DNA of 63,326 nucleotides, counting the filler, from Octopus bimaculoides (taxonomy: Eukaryota): the NCBI RefSeq assembly GCF_001194135.2. It is 12 parts of 10 records of this genome, joined end to end, with 100 filler letters (N's around TTAATTAATTAA, not from the genome) between each part and the next. Parts side by side here need not be neighbours in the genome. Positions count along the whole stretch, not along the records: positions 15,701 to 18,033 come from NC_069003.1; positions 18,134 to 19,372 come from NW_026429097.1; positions 19,473 to 36,158 come from NC_068981.1; 9 more parts are not named here. One strand, written 5' to 3'. Below are positions 16,289-29,175 of the stretch, one piece after another; positions within the stretch are counted from its first letter, which is position 1; every line of letters begins with the position of its first letter. The position numbers were made by a program, and so were the translations under genes. The notes beneath the pieces were generated by a model. The model was not told the DNA's origin and did not search any database. It worked only from the letters and a program-made list of their open reading frames with translations.

Positions 16289-16352
16289 CCGACGAAACGA
16301 GATTTCAGTGACGAAGTGAGATTTCAGTGACGAAGCGAGATTTCAGTGAGAT
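16289..16352 (+). repeat. Short tandem repeat, 19-bp unit GACGAAGCGAGATTTCAGT x3
   Basis: Direct reading. Confidence 0.85.
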
Positions 16353-17124
16353 TTGAAGTCGGAACGTAAAGAAACGTAACTCAATAATGCAACGTATTTT
16401 TGTCCGCTGCTCAACTGGTTTTTGCCAGTACTTCACCTCAACAAATAATTCTATCTGAACAGTTTGCTTTGCTCTCTCTCTCATGCCAAAATCTAGACAT
16501 GCGTGTTTAGACTGACAAGGAGATGAAGATGAAATGAAATTAGAGATACAAAAAAAGAAAACAAAAAGAAAAGATCTTACTCAACAAGACTCAAAAATCT
16601 AAACATAATTTTAAAACGTAACCAGGTGGGGCAAAAGTTCAAATCCTGTATAATACGCCCTCACTTCAAAAGCGCAACTCACACAGAACGCTTTCTGCAC
16701 AGCGTACACGCACGCGCACACACTCAATGCACATACTCATCCCCACACACATACTTTATGGAATCTTTAAATAATGCTTTCTAATTTTGGCACAAAGCCA
16801 GCAATATTTAGGGGTGGAGGCAAGACGATTACATCAACCCAGTACTTGACTGGTACATTATTTTATCGAAAGGACAATAAGCAAAATCAACCTCGGTAGG
16901 ATTTGAACTCAGAACGTAAAAAAGCTTGACGAAATATCGCTAAGCATTTTCTCCAACACGCTAACGATTCTGCCATCTCGCCACCTTAGAGTCACCAAAT
17001 AATATAACTCATCCAACAGAATCTCCATCGATTAATATCACACAAAACATGCACTTCCAAGTCATCATCCAATGAATGATACGATACAAAGTCTTACGCA
17101 ATCACTTCCTAATGCTAAAAAGGG

Positions 17125-17462
17125 TAAAGAACCCTTCGGTCATGAATGACCATGGAGTCCCACCTAGAAAGTTACCCTCCGAGGCACAAGTCCTAGCAAG
17201 CTTGTTTGTGGAAGACCAGCAGTCGTCCATGCATACCAGCCTTATCTCTCCACGACACGCCACCGATGTTATCCAAAGGAAAGGCAAAGGCCGATACAGC
17301 TTGGCACCATTGACGTCACAACTCATTTCTACAGTTGAGTGAACTGGAGCAACGTGAAATAAAGTGTCTTGCTCAAGAACACAACACGCAGCCCGGTCCG
17401 GGAATCGAACTCACGACTTTATGATCGTGAGCCGAATACCATAGCCGATAAGCCACGCGCCT
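17125..17462 (-). mobile_element. tRNA-derived SINE related to family C, with a different tail
   Basis: Reverse complement AGGCGCGTGGCTT..GAGTTCGATTCCC..CTTGAGCAAGACACTTTATTTCACGTTGCTCCAGT. Confidence 0.75.
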
Positions 17463-18309
17463 TGTTACAGAATACTTTACGTGAAATGGCGGAACATTAG
17501 AATAACACAAGGAAAGGAACGACAGACAAACTGCAGTAATAAAATAAAACTGATACAGTATACAAACAGAAGCGTGCATTGTCAGAAGACAATGCTGAAC
17601 ACACCCCAGGAACTAAGAAGTGTACATTAAGTGCAGTAGAAATTTCTGATGTAGGTACGAGACCAATAAATTTAATGGGAAATCTTTACTATGCATTACA
17701 TATGTATGTATGTAAGCATGTATGTATATATATATATATATATGTTTGTGTGCATATGTATGTATAAATTTATGTGTATATATATATGTGTGTGTATGTG
17801 TGTAAATATATAGTATGTAATATAATATACAATACACACACACGCACACATACATATAGCTTCTCTGTTCGAGTAGGTGTTCGTTTTTGAGTATGTATGT
17901 TGCACTTATATGTCGCATCAATCTTTGGATTGATTGCATTTATAGTGACGTCATTTAATTACGGATTGCCGAAACAGATGTACTAAAGGAATACCTGGTT
18001 CGCGCCTATGTTTATATATATATATATATATATNNNNNNNNNNNNNNNNNNNNNNNNNNNNNNNNNNNNNNNNNNNNTTAATTAATTAANNNNNNNNNNN
18101 NNNNNNNNNNNNNNNNNNNNNNNNNNNNNNNNNAAAGAAGTGAATCATAAATATAAAGCAATATTATTTATTTTTAATAGAAATAATCAAATGAAGAGCT
18201 TAACATTTATCCGAGGTCAAATTATTCATGCATCACAAGTATGGAAGAAAATGGTGAAGCCGTTTTCACGTGATAAGCGATTACACACACATCTCTGTTT
18301 TATATATAG

Positions 18310-18362
<53 letters not shown>

Positions 18363-18519
18363 GTGAAAACTTCATTGTGGACTGACACCTACTGTCTGCC
18401 TCTCTCTCTAGATATGTGTTTGTGTATAATGTATGATTGTATGTATATGATTGTGCGCTGGATGCCGAGCAAACTACAAGATCGCACCAGCCAGCATCAC
18501 CACTACCTCCAAGCTCATC

Positions 18520-18738
18520 TTGTATGTATGTGTGTGTGTGTTTGTCCCACCACCACCATTGCTTCACACCAATGTTAGTGCATTTGCGTCTCTGTAATTT
18601 AGCTGTTCAGCAGAAGAAACTGATAGAATAAGCACCAGGCTTACAGGGAATAAGTCCAGGGGTCAATTTCTTCAACTAAAGGGCGGTGCTCTAGCATGGC
18701 TACTGTCAAATGACTGAAACAAGTAAAAGAATGAAAGA
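18520..18738 (+). mobile_element. SINE family A 3' half
   Basis: Tail block GGCGGTGCTCTAGCATGGC..TGACTGAAACAAGTAAAAGA. Confidence 0.75.
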
Positions 18739-19126
18739 TACCAGAAAAACGTTCTGTACCATTAAAGCAAGAAGGTTCTTTGAATATGTACGATGTATTC
18801 TAAGGTTAAATAGTAATTCCGTTTACGTTTGTGTAACAGATATTTTGGTTGGATTATATAGTCATTGGTGTCACATTACTTTCTATATTCTGTAACTATC
18901 ACAATATACTTTTCTAGGCCTGAAATTTTTGTGGGGAGGGGTCCAGTTGATTAGATTGACCCCAGTACACAACGTAAAGACAGACAGTCATAATATAGAA
19001 ACATTTCTCATGGTACCAGTGTACTGTTTACAGATGCTTACATTTTTTATTTTTCCATGAATTTTTCACGGGTCCAGCTAGTGTTATATGAATATATGTG
19101 TGCATGTGTGTGTGTGTGTGTGTATA

Positions 19127-19372
19127 TCATCATCATTATTGTTTAACATCCATCATCTGTGCATGCACAGGTAGGATGGTTCACAACACTGGCTAGGTAG
19201 AAAAATTACCCTATGCTACTGTGTCTGTCTTAGCAGGATTTTTACGGCTGAATGCCCTTCCTAACACCAACCACTCTGCAGAGTGGACTCAGTGCTTTTT
19301 ACGTGGCACTAGTACAGGTGACGTTAGTTTTGGCATGATTTTTACAGCTGGATGCCCTTCCAAATGCCAACC
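19127..19372 (-). mobile_element. RTE-type 3' UTR fragment
   Basis: CATCATCAT..TTTAAC and TTTTTACGGCTGAATGCCCTTCC motifs, similar to 52293-52430. Confidence 0.55.
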
Positions 19373-19537
19373 NNNNNNNNNNNNNNNNNNNNNNNNNNNN
19401 NNNNNNNNNNNNNNNNTTAATTAATTAANNNNNNNNNNNNNNNNNNNNNNNNNNNNNNNNNNNNNNNNNNNNGTGTATGTGTAAGTAAATACACAATATA
19501 TACTTACAAATTATACACACACACACACACATTATTT

Positions 19538-20517
19538 TATTCTTTTACTTGTCTCACTCTTTTGACTGCTGCCATGCTGGAGCACCGCCTCGAAGGGTTT
19601 TAGTCGAACAACTCGACCTCAGAAGACTTAGTTTTTTGAAAACCCTAATACTTATTCTATCGTTCTGTATATAGCCGAAGCGCTATGTTACGGGACCTAA
19701 ACACACCAATACCGGTTGTCAAGCGGTGATGTGGGTACAAACACAGACACAAAGACACACACCGTACTACGTATCTCGCTTTACCCCTCTCGTTCTTCCT
19801 CTGTTACTACTACGTATCTCTTTTTCCCCCTCGTATTTCCTCTCTTTCTCTTTTCCTCTCGTTGCTCACCTATTCTTCTACTTCCTCCCTCTGTTTCTCC
19901 CTCTACCACTCTCTCTCTTCCCTTTACACCGGCATGGTCACATGCTTCCGGTCAATAATCCTTTCCTTCCTTGGCTTTCGCCAAGCAACGCACGCGCCAC
20001 TTTGTCCCTCTCGGGTCCGTGCCTCATCGCGTTCATACACACATANNNNNNNNNNNNNNNNNNNNNNNNNNNNNNNNNNNNNNNNNNNNNNNNNNNNNNN
20101 NNNNNNNNNNNNNNNNNNNNNNNNNNNNNNNNNNNNNNNNNNNNNNNNNNNNNNNNNNNNNNNNNNNNNNNNNNNNNNNNNNNNNNNNNNNNNNNNNNNN
20201 NNNNNNNNNNNNNNNNNNNNNNNNNNNNNNNNNNNNNNNNNNNNNNNNNNNNNNNNNNNNNNNNNNNNNNNNNNNNNNNNNNNNNNNNNNNNNNNNNNNN
20301 NNNNNNNNNNNNNNNNNNNNNNNNNATACACATACATACATACATACACGACGGGCTTCTTTCAGTTTCCATCTACTAAATCTACTTACAAGGCTTTAAT
20401 CGGCCCAAGGTTATAGTAGGGGACACTTGCCAAGGTGCCACGCAGTGGCAGGCGCAGGAGTGGCTGTGTGATAAGAAGTTTGCTTCTCAAACACACGGTT
20501 CTCCGTCCGAAAGTCCC
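19538..20517 (-). mobile_element. SINE family A pieces: tail 19538-19760 (-), head 20346-20448 (-), and an opposite head 20451-20517 (+)
   Basis: Family blocks recognised on both sides of non-family sequence and a gap. Confidence 0.7.
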
Positions 20518-21073
20518 ATGATGATGATGAAGGGGAGGAGAAGGACTGGAGGAGAAGGAGCGGGAGGATGGCAATGATGTTGATGATGGTGATGACGATG
20601 ATTATGACGTTGGTGTCTGTTGAAGTGTTGAATGTAATAACAGATTATACCTGCATCACCAGAACCACCAGAACCACCACTAGCATTCTTCCCGAGTAGA
20701 CACTTGCTACTTTGGAAGGGAGAAAGAAAATGGAGTCGGAAAACACACTTAGAACTGCAAGATATCAGAAAAAAAAAAAAAAAATTCCCTGGAGGGATTT
20801 AGTTGACATGTGGACAGTACTGATACTAAACGAAAATATTTGATTCCTAACGGAAAATGCATGTATATACGTATGTATATGCGTGTATGTAAGTGTGTAT
20901 ATGCAATTGTATGAACGTAAAGTATCCATATAAATGTGTGTATGTATATAGTATATATATGGGAGAATGTACGAAAAAAACAACAACAGACGAGGACAGG
21001 TGGTGTAAACAACAAAAGGATGTATTAATGTGTATATACGCATCTGTGAATGTGTGCAAGCATGCGTCTATAT

Positions 21074-21272
21074 ATTCTTTTATTCTTTTATATGTTTCAG
21101 CCATTTGATTGCGGCCATGCTGGAGCACTGCCTTCAGTCGAACAAATCGACTCCAAGACTTATTCTTTGTAGGCCTAGTACTTGTTCCATCGGTCTCTTG
21201 TGTTGAACCGCTAAGTTACAGGGACGTAAACTCACCAACAACGGTTGCCGAGTAATGGTGGGGACACACACC

Positions 21273-21309
<37 letters not shown>

Positions 21310-21494
21310 ATACACAATCATACACACACATATAGAACGGGTTTCTTTCAGGTTCCGTCCATCAAATCCATTCACAAGGTTTTGGTCGGCCCGAAGCTAT
21401 AGTAGAAGACTCTTGCTCAAGGTGCCACGCAGTGGGACTGAACCCGGGACCATGTATTGGTAAGCAAGCTACCTACCACACACCCACGCCTGCG
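21074..21494 (-). mobile_element. SINE family A (tRNA-like head, internal CA/TA microsatellite), near full length
   Basis: Head GGCGCAGG.GTGGCTGTGTGG..GGTTCAGTCCCACTGCGTGGCACC; tail GCTCCAGCATGGCCGCA.TCAAATGACTGAAACA; at least 10 copies in the window. Confidence 0.85.
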
Positions 21495-21809
21495 GGTATA
21501 TATATGTATATCATTTTTATTCTTGTAACTAATGTATAGACGCATATGCGTCTATAGACATTGTATTACTGTAATTTTGGTTTCAAATTTTGACTTAATG
21601 CCATCAATGTCGGGGGAGGAGTAAGTCGGTTACATCGACCCCAGTCGATCTCAAAAAGTTGAAAGGCAAAGTCGACCACGGCGGAATTTCAACTTATAAC
21701 GTAAAGACGAACGAAATGCCGCTAAGCATTTTTTTTTTTGTCCGGTGTGCTTGTGACTCTGCCAGTTAAGCCCTTTGCTTTACTGTGATATTAAATAATA
21801 TCTCCTTAC

Positions 21810-22190
21810 AGTTTGGTCGGCACTCCGTCGGTTACGACAACGAGGGTTCCTGTTGATCCGATCAACGGAACTGCCTGCTCGTGAAATTAACGTGCAAGTG
21901 GCTGAGCACTCCACAGACACGTGTACCCTTAACGTAGTTCTCGGGGATATTCAGCGTGACACAGAGTGACAAGGCTGGCCCTTTGAAATACAGGTACAGA
22001 AGAAACAGGAAGAAAGATTGAGACAAAGTTGCGGTGAAAGAGTACGGCAGGGTTCACCACCAACCCTTGCCGGAGCCTCGTGGAACTTCAGGTGTTTTCG
22101 CTCAATAAACACTCAGAACGACCGGTTTGAGAATCGAAATCGCGATCCTACGACCGCGAGTCCGCTGCCCTAACCACTGGGCCATTGCGC
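21810..22190 (-). mobile_element. SINE family C (tRNA-derived head)
   Basis: Reverse complement head GGCGCAATGGCCCAGTGGTTAGG..TTCGATTCTC; the tail is shared with a decayed copy at about 10677-10915 (+). Confidence 0.8.
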
Positions 22191-22589
22191 CCCCACCCTT
22201 GCCGTTATATAGTATAAAAACATACGTGCTTACACAAACAATAGATAAATACACACCAACCCATGCTCACACTTGTACACACGCAAATCTATATACTAGT
22301 ACACACACACACACACACATATATAAATATATATACATATATATATATACATACTTATATGCATGCATACATACATGCACGTACGTACATACATACACAT
22401 ATGCATACGCACACATCCATACATCCAACCTTCCATCCATCCATCCATCCATCCATCCATACATACATACATACATACATACATACATACATACATACAT
22501 ACTTACATACGGAATAACAACATACAATTTAATCGCGAACGCTCATCTTGGAACTACGTTCCCACCTCCAGTGCCAACCCCACGCCTAG

Positions 22590-22950
22590 CACCAATCCTC
22601 ACGAGCTGTAGTTTCTCATGTGACCACTATGCAGAATTTTTCCATCAACAACATTCCACTCATAATCCATCTGTCGGTTCGCCTGTAAAATCCAGTTCCT
22701 GATTTCTTCAATAATTTCCCCTCAAACGACAGCGTTTCTAATTATTTCAATGGTTGAAGAAAAGCACTGGAAATCTTAGCTGGGACATCTGTCCTTACAG
22801 AGTCTTTGCAATTGTTCGGAATCAGTGAAGTGTCACTGACAACAATGGCAGTGCCATTAACAATAATTTCAGCCTTCAGGAGATGTCTGTTAGTTGGAGA
22901 CATGAGAACTGCTAAACTCTTTCTGCGTCATTGCAGAAGCAATAATCTTG
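22590..22950 (-). mobile_element. Possible ancient mariner transposase N-terminal relic
   Basis: EIIEEIRNWILQANRQ..KILHSGHMRNYSS*GLV resembles ENIEKVR.LI..DRR..IL...L.MRK...RWVP; many disablements. Confidence 0.3.
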
Positions 22951-24113
22951 ACGCAAGTACGCTGAGTCATTATATGTTCTTCTTATTAATATTTCGAACA
23001 GAATAGGAATTAACGAAGCAACTATTACATTTAATTGATTAGAAAATGGAGAGAAAGAAAGGAGAAAAAAAATATTGTAAACAATAAAAAAAAAATGATA
23101 AAAACTATTATAAAAAATTGTATATCAATAATTAAAATAAACAAATATATACAACAACAAAAAGTGAAGAATATAGAAATGGAAACTGAATATTTTTCTC
23201 ATCGCTTTCACATGAATTCTCACACATTTTTTACACACATATTTATATAAACACATTCATATAATTACATATATACGCATATGCCCATATATGCATGCAT
23301 GCATGCTACTATAAATATAGGCATACATACAAACATATATACATGCACACACACGCACTTATATATGCACAAACACATATATAGACACACACATAAAAAT
23401 AAATACATGTAAATATATGTATAAATATAAATGTAAATATATACATACATATATATATATACATGCATATATATATATACACACACACACATCCATGTAC
23501 TATATCGCATAAATGCAAATAATAGTATGTTTATGTTCATGCATACAGACATCCTTGCTTTTTGATTTGCTATTTTCATACAAATATAAAATGTATGAAA
23601 GGTTTTCATAATCGACTTAGATAATATATGTGATAACGTAACTCCAGGTATCTGACCGTAACTAGGTATATATGTATGCGTTAGCAGTGGGGATGCTTCA
23701 ACTCCTGACGGAGTCCTAAGGACAATTTTCGAGGTACACGGCGTGACTTAGGCATTTTGAAACTAACGTAAACCATCATCCTTTTCTCTGTCTGAACGTA
23801 TTTAATTTCTTCCACAGAAAGTATGCGCGTGTGTGTGTGTGCGTGTGTGTGTGTGTGTGTGTGNNNNNNNNNNGAGAGAGGGGACAGACAACCAAACAGA
23901 GTATTTAAGAGTTAGATAGACAGAGAGAAGACGAAGAAGTAGAAGAAATGGAAGAACGAGAAGAAGAAGAAGAAGAAGAAGAAGAAGAAGAAGAAGAAGA
24001 AGAAATAGAAGAAAAATAGAAGAAATAGAAGAAATAGAAGATGTAAAAGAAGAAAAATAACAACAACAACAACGACGACGACGATGTATGTAGCATGTAT
24101 GTATGTATGTATG

Positions 24114-24147
<34 letters not shown>

Positions 24148-24375
24148 TGTATGCATGTGTAATAATTGATATTGCAACGATAACGAAGAAGGTATGTGTA
24201 GAGCCGCCGTCAATCTCAAAGAAAAACTATATTTCTCAATCTAATGGGAATTAATTAGCAATAGTTAAACATGTAAGAGTAATTTCATCTCAGTGTGTGT
24301 TCGAGTTTACATAAAAATTTTCCTTGCTTTCAATACGTATGCACATCTATTCGAGAGAGAAAGGGCAGGAGATAC

Positions 24376-24458
<83 letters not shown>

Positions 24459-24657
24459 GAGAGAGTGAGAGAGATAGAGAGAGAGAGAGAGAGGGGAGGT
24501 GGAGAGAGTACTTATTTATAAATACAAGCAGATATACAAATATGAATGTCCTTATGTATACAAACAGAAAACAAGATACATTTTCTCGAATATATATATG
24601 TGTCAGCAATATATATAGCAATATATATATAGCAATATATATATAGCAATATATATA

Positions 24658-25400
24658 CGGTGGGTCACACATATGTAATGTAGCTGGAAATTTTCAATTT
24701 GGTGAGATTATCTTTCCAACTGGAAAAGAAGCATTCCCCCTTTAAGTGTTGATGAATGCCATGAGGCAGGAAAGTATACTAGTCCTTATATATTTAATAC
24801 TCTATACTTAATACTCAATATTTCATATATTCAATAAGACATTCAATACTTCATTTCATTTTACTATTTATATTATATATTCCATATTCTATATCCCACA
24901 TTAATTTTATAAGAATATAAATAAAACATAAAAAACAGACAGAGTTGGAACTCTTTTAAATAATATATTCCTCTATACACGATCATACAAAACCCTTTTT
25001 TATATTTTTTATTTTTATTCACACACACACACATATATATATCATTCCATACAAACCCAAAGCTTTGATTAGTCTGTACGTGTACAGCAAGTGACGGAAC
25101 ACTCTGGCCCTATTACCTCCCCCCCCCCGTCACCTGCTTCTCGTCCACCCTTATTTTCCTTCTCTACTTCTTCTTCCTTCTGCTCCTTTTGTGTTATTTC
25201 TCGTCATCAACCAATTTCATGTTTTCCACCATCTTAGCCACTCATCACTTAATGATATTGCTGAACCACTAGCTTCTTTGGTCTTCGAATAACCCTTTGG
25301 AAACATGCGGTGGGTCACACATATGTAATGTAGCTGGAAATTTTCAATTTGGTGAGATTATCTTTCCAACTGGAAAAGAAGCATTCCCCCTTTAAGTGTT
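24658..25400 (+). repeat. Exact 93-bp direct duplication (24658-24750 and 25308-25400)
   Basis: CGGTGGGTCACAC..CCCCCTTTAAGTGTT read base by base as identical, offset 650 bp. Confidence 0.9.
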
Positions 25401-25768
25401 CGAAGACGCTATATTACATATTTGAAATCCTACCATTTGTATATTTAACATGCAATAGGTTCCACTGCAGTTAACGTGGCTGTGTGCGTGGGTGTATGTG
25501 TGTGGGCATGTGTGTAATATATGTATGTGTGCGTGTGCGTGTGCGTGTGTGTGTGTGCGTGTGTGAGTGTGTGTGTGTGTACATATATATATATGTATGT
25601 AAGAATGTACTATGCATGTAGGTATGAATGTATGCATGTATATTTATCTATCTGTCTATCTATCTGCATATATATGTGTGAGTGTGTGTGTCTGTGTGTG
25701 TTAAATAAAATGAGACAACAAAACCAAGGCTGTGCGGATTTTATAGGACTTTTATAAAGAGAAAGGTA

Positions 25769-25816
25769 GTCTTACAGCTGTTTCTGGGATATTAGGAATA
25801 TCCCTTCATCAGAGAC
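25769..25816 (-). ncRNA. Minimal type-I hammerhead ribozyme
   Basis: Reverse complement: GUCU-CUGAUGA-A-GGGAUAUU(CCU)AAUAUCCC-A-GAAAC-AGCU-GUA/AGAC. Palindromic stem III ACAGCUGU. Confidence 0.78.
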
Positions 25817-26266
25817 GATACGAGAGAGTTAACTAGCGGGAGGGAAATAGTTGAGTTCAGTATAAGGAGTTATTTTGGAAAAGGATGGATGTAGGAAGTA
25901 TAAAGGGAGACAGGAGAATAGAAATAAAAATAAAAGTGAAAATATATGTAGGATGTTACAGTTGCAGTTCCATTATCCAAAGAAAGAGCTGTGTAGAAGT
26001 GGTGGAAATGCTTCTTGTCCATATGTAGATTCCGATAGGAGTTCATATTTTGTTATTACAAGTAGATAGTGTGGAGACATAAATTCCATGTGCTGTTCAT
26101 TCAAAAGGGCCTTGTGGTGTGGGAACTGCATCTGTACCATCCTACATAGTTTCTTACTTTTATTTTTATTCTCTTATCTCCCTTTATACTTCCTATATCC
26201 ATCCTTTTCCAAAATAACTAATTATTTTGAACTCTGCTATTTCCCTCTAGTTAACCCTCTTATATC

Positions 26267-26314
26267 GTCTCTGACGAAGGGATATCCCTAATATCCCAGA
26301 AACAACCGTAAGAC
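26267..26314 (+). ncRNA. Minimal type-I hammerhead ribozyme
   Basis: GUCU-CUGACGA-A-GGGAUAU..AUAUCCC-A-GAAAC-AACC-GUA/AGAC. Confidence 0.72.
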
Positions 26315-26504
26315 TATCTTGCCCTTTATAAATGTCCTATAAATTACACACAGCCTTGGCTTTGTTGCCTCATTTTATTTGACATATACATCATCATACA
26401 AGACCCGCATTAGACTCCTCAATCGTATTATTATCGAACTGAGAGTCTAACTTCGGCCCTTCCATAGCCTTACCTGCGATCTTGGGTCTTCTGGATACCA
26501 ATAC

Positions 26505-26570
<66 letters not shown>

Positions 26571-26573
<3 letters not shown>

Positions 26574-26951
26574 TTTTATTCTTTTCTTTGTTTCAGTCAT
26601 TTGACTACGGCCATGCTGGAGCACCACCTTTAGTCGAACGAATCGACCCTAGGACTTATTCTTTGTGAGCCTAATACTTATTCTATCGGTGTATTTTGTC
26701 GAACTGCTAAGTTACGGAGACGTAAACACAAGAACGTCGGTTGTCAAGAGATGGTGGGGGACAAACACAGACATACAAATTTATATACAAATAGATAGAC
26801 GACGGGCGTCTTTCGGTTTCCGTCTACCAAATCCGCTCAGAAGGCTTTGGGTGGCCCTAAGCTACAGTAAAAGACACTTGCCCAAGGAGCCACACAGTGG
26901 GACTGAACCCGGAACCATGTGGATGGTAAGCAAGCTTCTTACCACACAGCC
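26571..26951 (-). mobile_element. SINE family A copy
   Basis: Same head and tail blocks as 21074-21494. Confidence 0.85.
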
Positions 26952-27839
26952 AGACGGGTAACTTTGGAAGTATACTTTTGTTACCATGGGTAATATCAGG
27001 AGATATGGCATACGTAAAATAATTATAATTTAAATTTTATCAATGTTTTTTGTTTGTTTTTTTGGTACTTATAGAAAACGATGAAATGAATGCTAATTTT
27101 CGAGAGAGATATTTATTACCTTAAAATAAAATTGAATTAAAAAAATCTCATTTATATACTTGCAATAAATATAATTATTTTTCTAAATATCATCAACGTA
27201 ATCTCCATTCTACTGCATGGAAAACTTATCTCTGTAATTTCATCGAAGAATGCATATTTTTCAGAATATTATCATTGCCTGACACCAAGCCCCATATGTG
27301 CATTCATTCTGCTCTTTTCAATGTTAAATCTCTCTCCATATCTTTCCTTTTCTTTCTCTCTTTCTTTCTCTGTAAACGAAGTAAAGCGGGATTTGTGAAA
27401 TCAACCAACAGTTTCTATCGACAACACACACATAATGAGAGAGAGAGAGACAGACAAACAGACAGACACATACATACATACATATACGCACGTTAGATAT
27501 AAATCAAATTTCTGGATTTTATACGGCAGGTGCCATTACGAATACTGAAGTTATTTTATAAGAAAAAGATTCAATATTAAATAATTATTCATTCACAACA
27601 AAAGACGAGAAGCAGGGACAATATGAATGTTCGTACAGCTACCTGCGGTACATCAGTTGTTAAATATCGACATGCTATAAGTAGCAGATAAATCTTTCCA
27701 TAGTCAAACAACAACGATACTCTCACTCATAAGATACAAACATGCAAACGCGCATGCGCAGACAAAACGTCGCTCTAACATACATAAATATACATGATAG
27801 ATCGCTGACCAAACCATTCAATTTTTTGTCTCCATTTTT

Positions 27840-28010
27840 TTTATCCGTGTTTTTCTCCTTGTTTTCTCCGTATTCTTTCTATTGAAGAGCGTAGCTCGAA
27901 ACGTTAAAGACTTTCTGTATTCCCGAGCGTCAAACTAATACATCCTTTTGTTGTTTACACCACCTGTCCTCGTCTGTTGTTGTTTTTTTCGTACATTCTC
28001 CCACATAAAT
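27840..28010 (+). mobile_element. PLE-type tail with variant hammerhead core (CUAUUGA)
   Basis: 27875-27909: CUUU-CUAUUGA-A-GAGC(GUA)GCUC-GAAAC-GUU/AAAG. The tail ACTAATACATCC..TTTACACCACCTGTCCTCGTC also occurs inverted at about 20950-21035. Confidence 0.6.
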
Positions 28011-29127
28011 ATACATACACACGTATACACACGGATTCACGCACACACAAATGCATACGCATAGAAACGTAGACAACGGGACCTAGTTTAAGACTTATGA
28101 TCAAAAAGGAAATATGCTCTACGATCAGAATAGAAAATTTGAAACAAATTCCTGTGTATGGGTGAGAGCTGCAGTTGTTGGCTGCAAATCTCAGTATGTG
28201 TGGGATGTCAGACAATTTCGTTGTCAGTTGTTTCCGCCCTGTTCTAGGACTCCTGCATACAAAAGGAGGTCAGTTTTGACTTTATATTCAAAGTTGATCC
28301 GGTGTGGACTAATACGGCCACCTAATCTGCGGTATAGGGGTTACAGTAGCTGTTTTACTCGTATGCCTCGGCACTGCATTTGCCACCCATGAGTAGAATA
28401 AGAAAAAAAATAGAGCTTATAATTTTCAAATTCCAGTAAAAGCTCAACAACAATTTTTCCCCCTTCATCCTCCGCTTAATTTATCCCCTCCATCCACCGC
28501 TCAAAAATAAAATCATTTAAATCTAATTATTTTCTCTTGTGTTAAAAATCCTTACTTCTGCTAACCAATATTAGTAAAACATCTTCCTTTTTTTATTGCC
28601 ATACATTTGTGCATTGTAATAATTCGTCATAGAATATCGGATTATTTATAGGAAAATTTTCGTTGAAACTGTTAATACAGATTTTTAGATTCTGTTTTGT
28701 GTTTTGCTCTATTTTCACTAGAAAAAGGATATCTAAAGAAGTTTTTCTTTATGAATTTCCTATTTCACACGGAAAGTTAAATACGCGGAAAGTTAAATTC
28801 CTGCTAATTAGCTTGTGGTGAGATCCAAAGATATAAAACAAATTTCAAATGTCGTATTGTCGCGTAAACTGCTGACCGGGAACGCTTGACCTTGGGAGCG
28901 AATCATACTCTATTTTATTATCATGTTTTGAATATTTATGTGCATCAATGAAGCGAGCTGTCAGAATCATTAGAATGCTGGGCAAAATACTTAGCGGCGT
29001 TTCGTCCATCTTTACGTCTGACTTCAATTACCACCATTCATACTTACGGAGTCAATAAAATAAGTACCAGTTGAGCACTGAAGCCTCCCCACGAACTTGC
29101 ACCAAAATTTTAAACCAATATATGTAT

Positions 29128-29175
<48 letters not shown>

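Larger units (their letters stand above)
25699..26383. mobile_element. Fold-back element (about 270-bp arms) with an outward-facing hammerhead in each arm; probable non-autonomous PLE derivative
   Basis: 25701-25971 is the approximate reverse complement of 26122-26382, with a spacer of about 150 bp. Confidence 0.8.

Noticed and set aside
22680-22760. ANRQMDYEWNVVD resembles the AMPK-alpha QLDYEWKVVN motif
   Set aside because: Flanking residues do not continue the match, an in-frame stop follows, and no other AMPK exons were seen; a mariner relic fits better.
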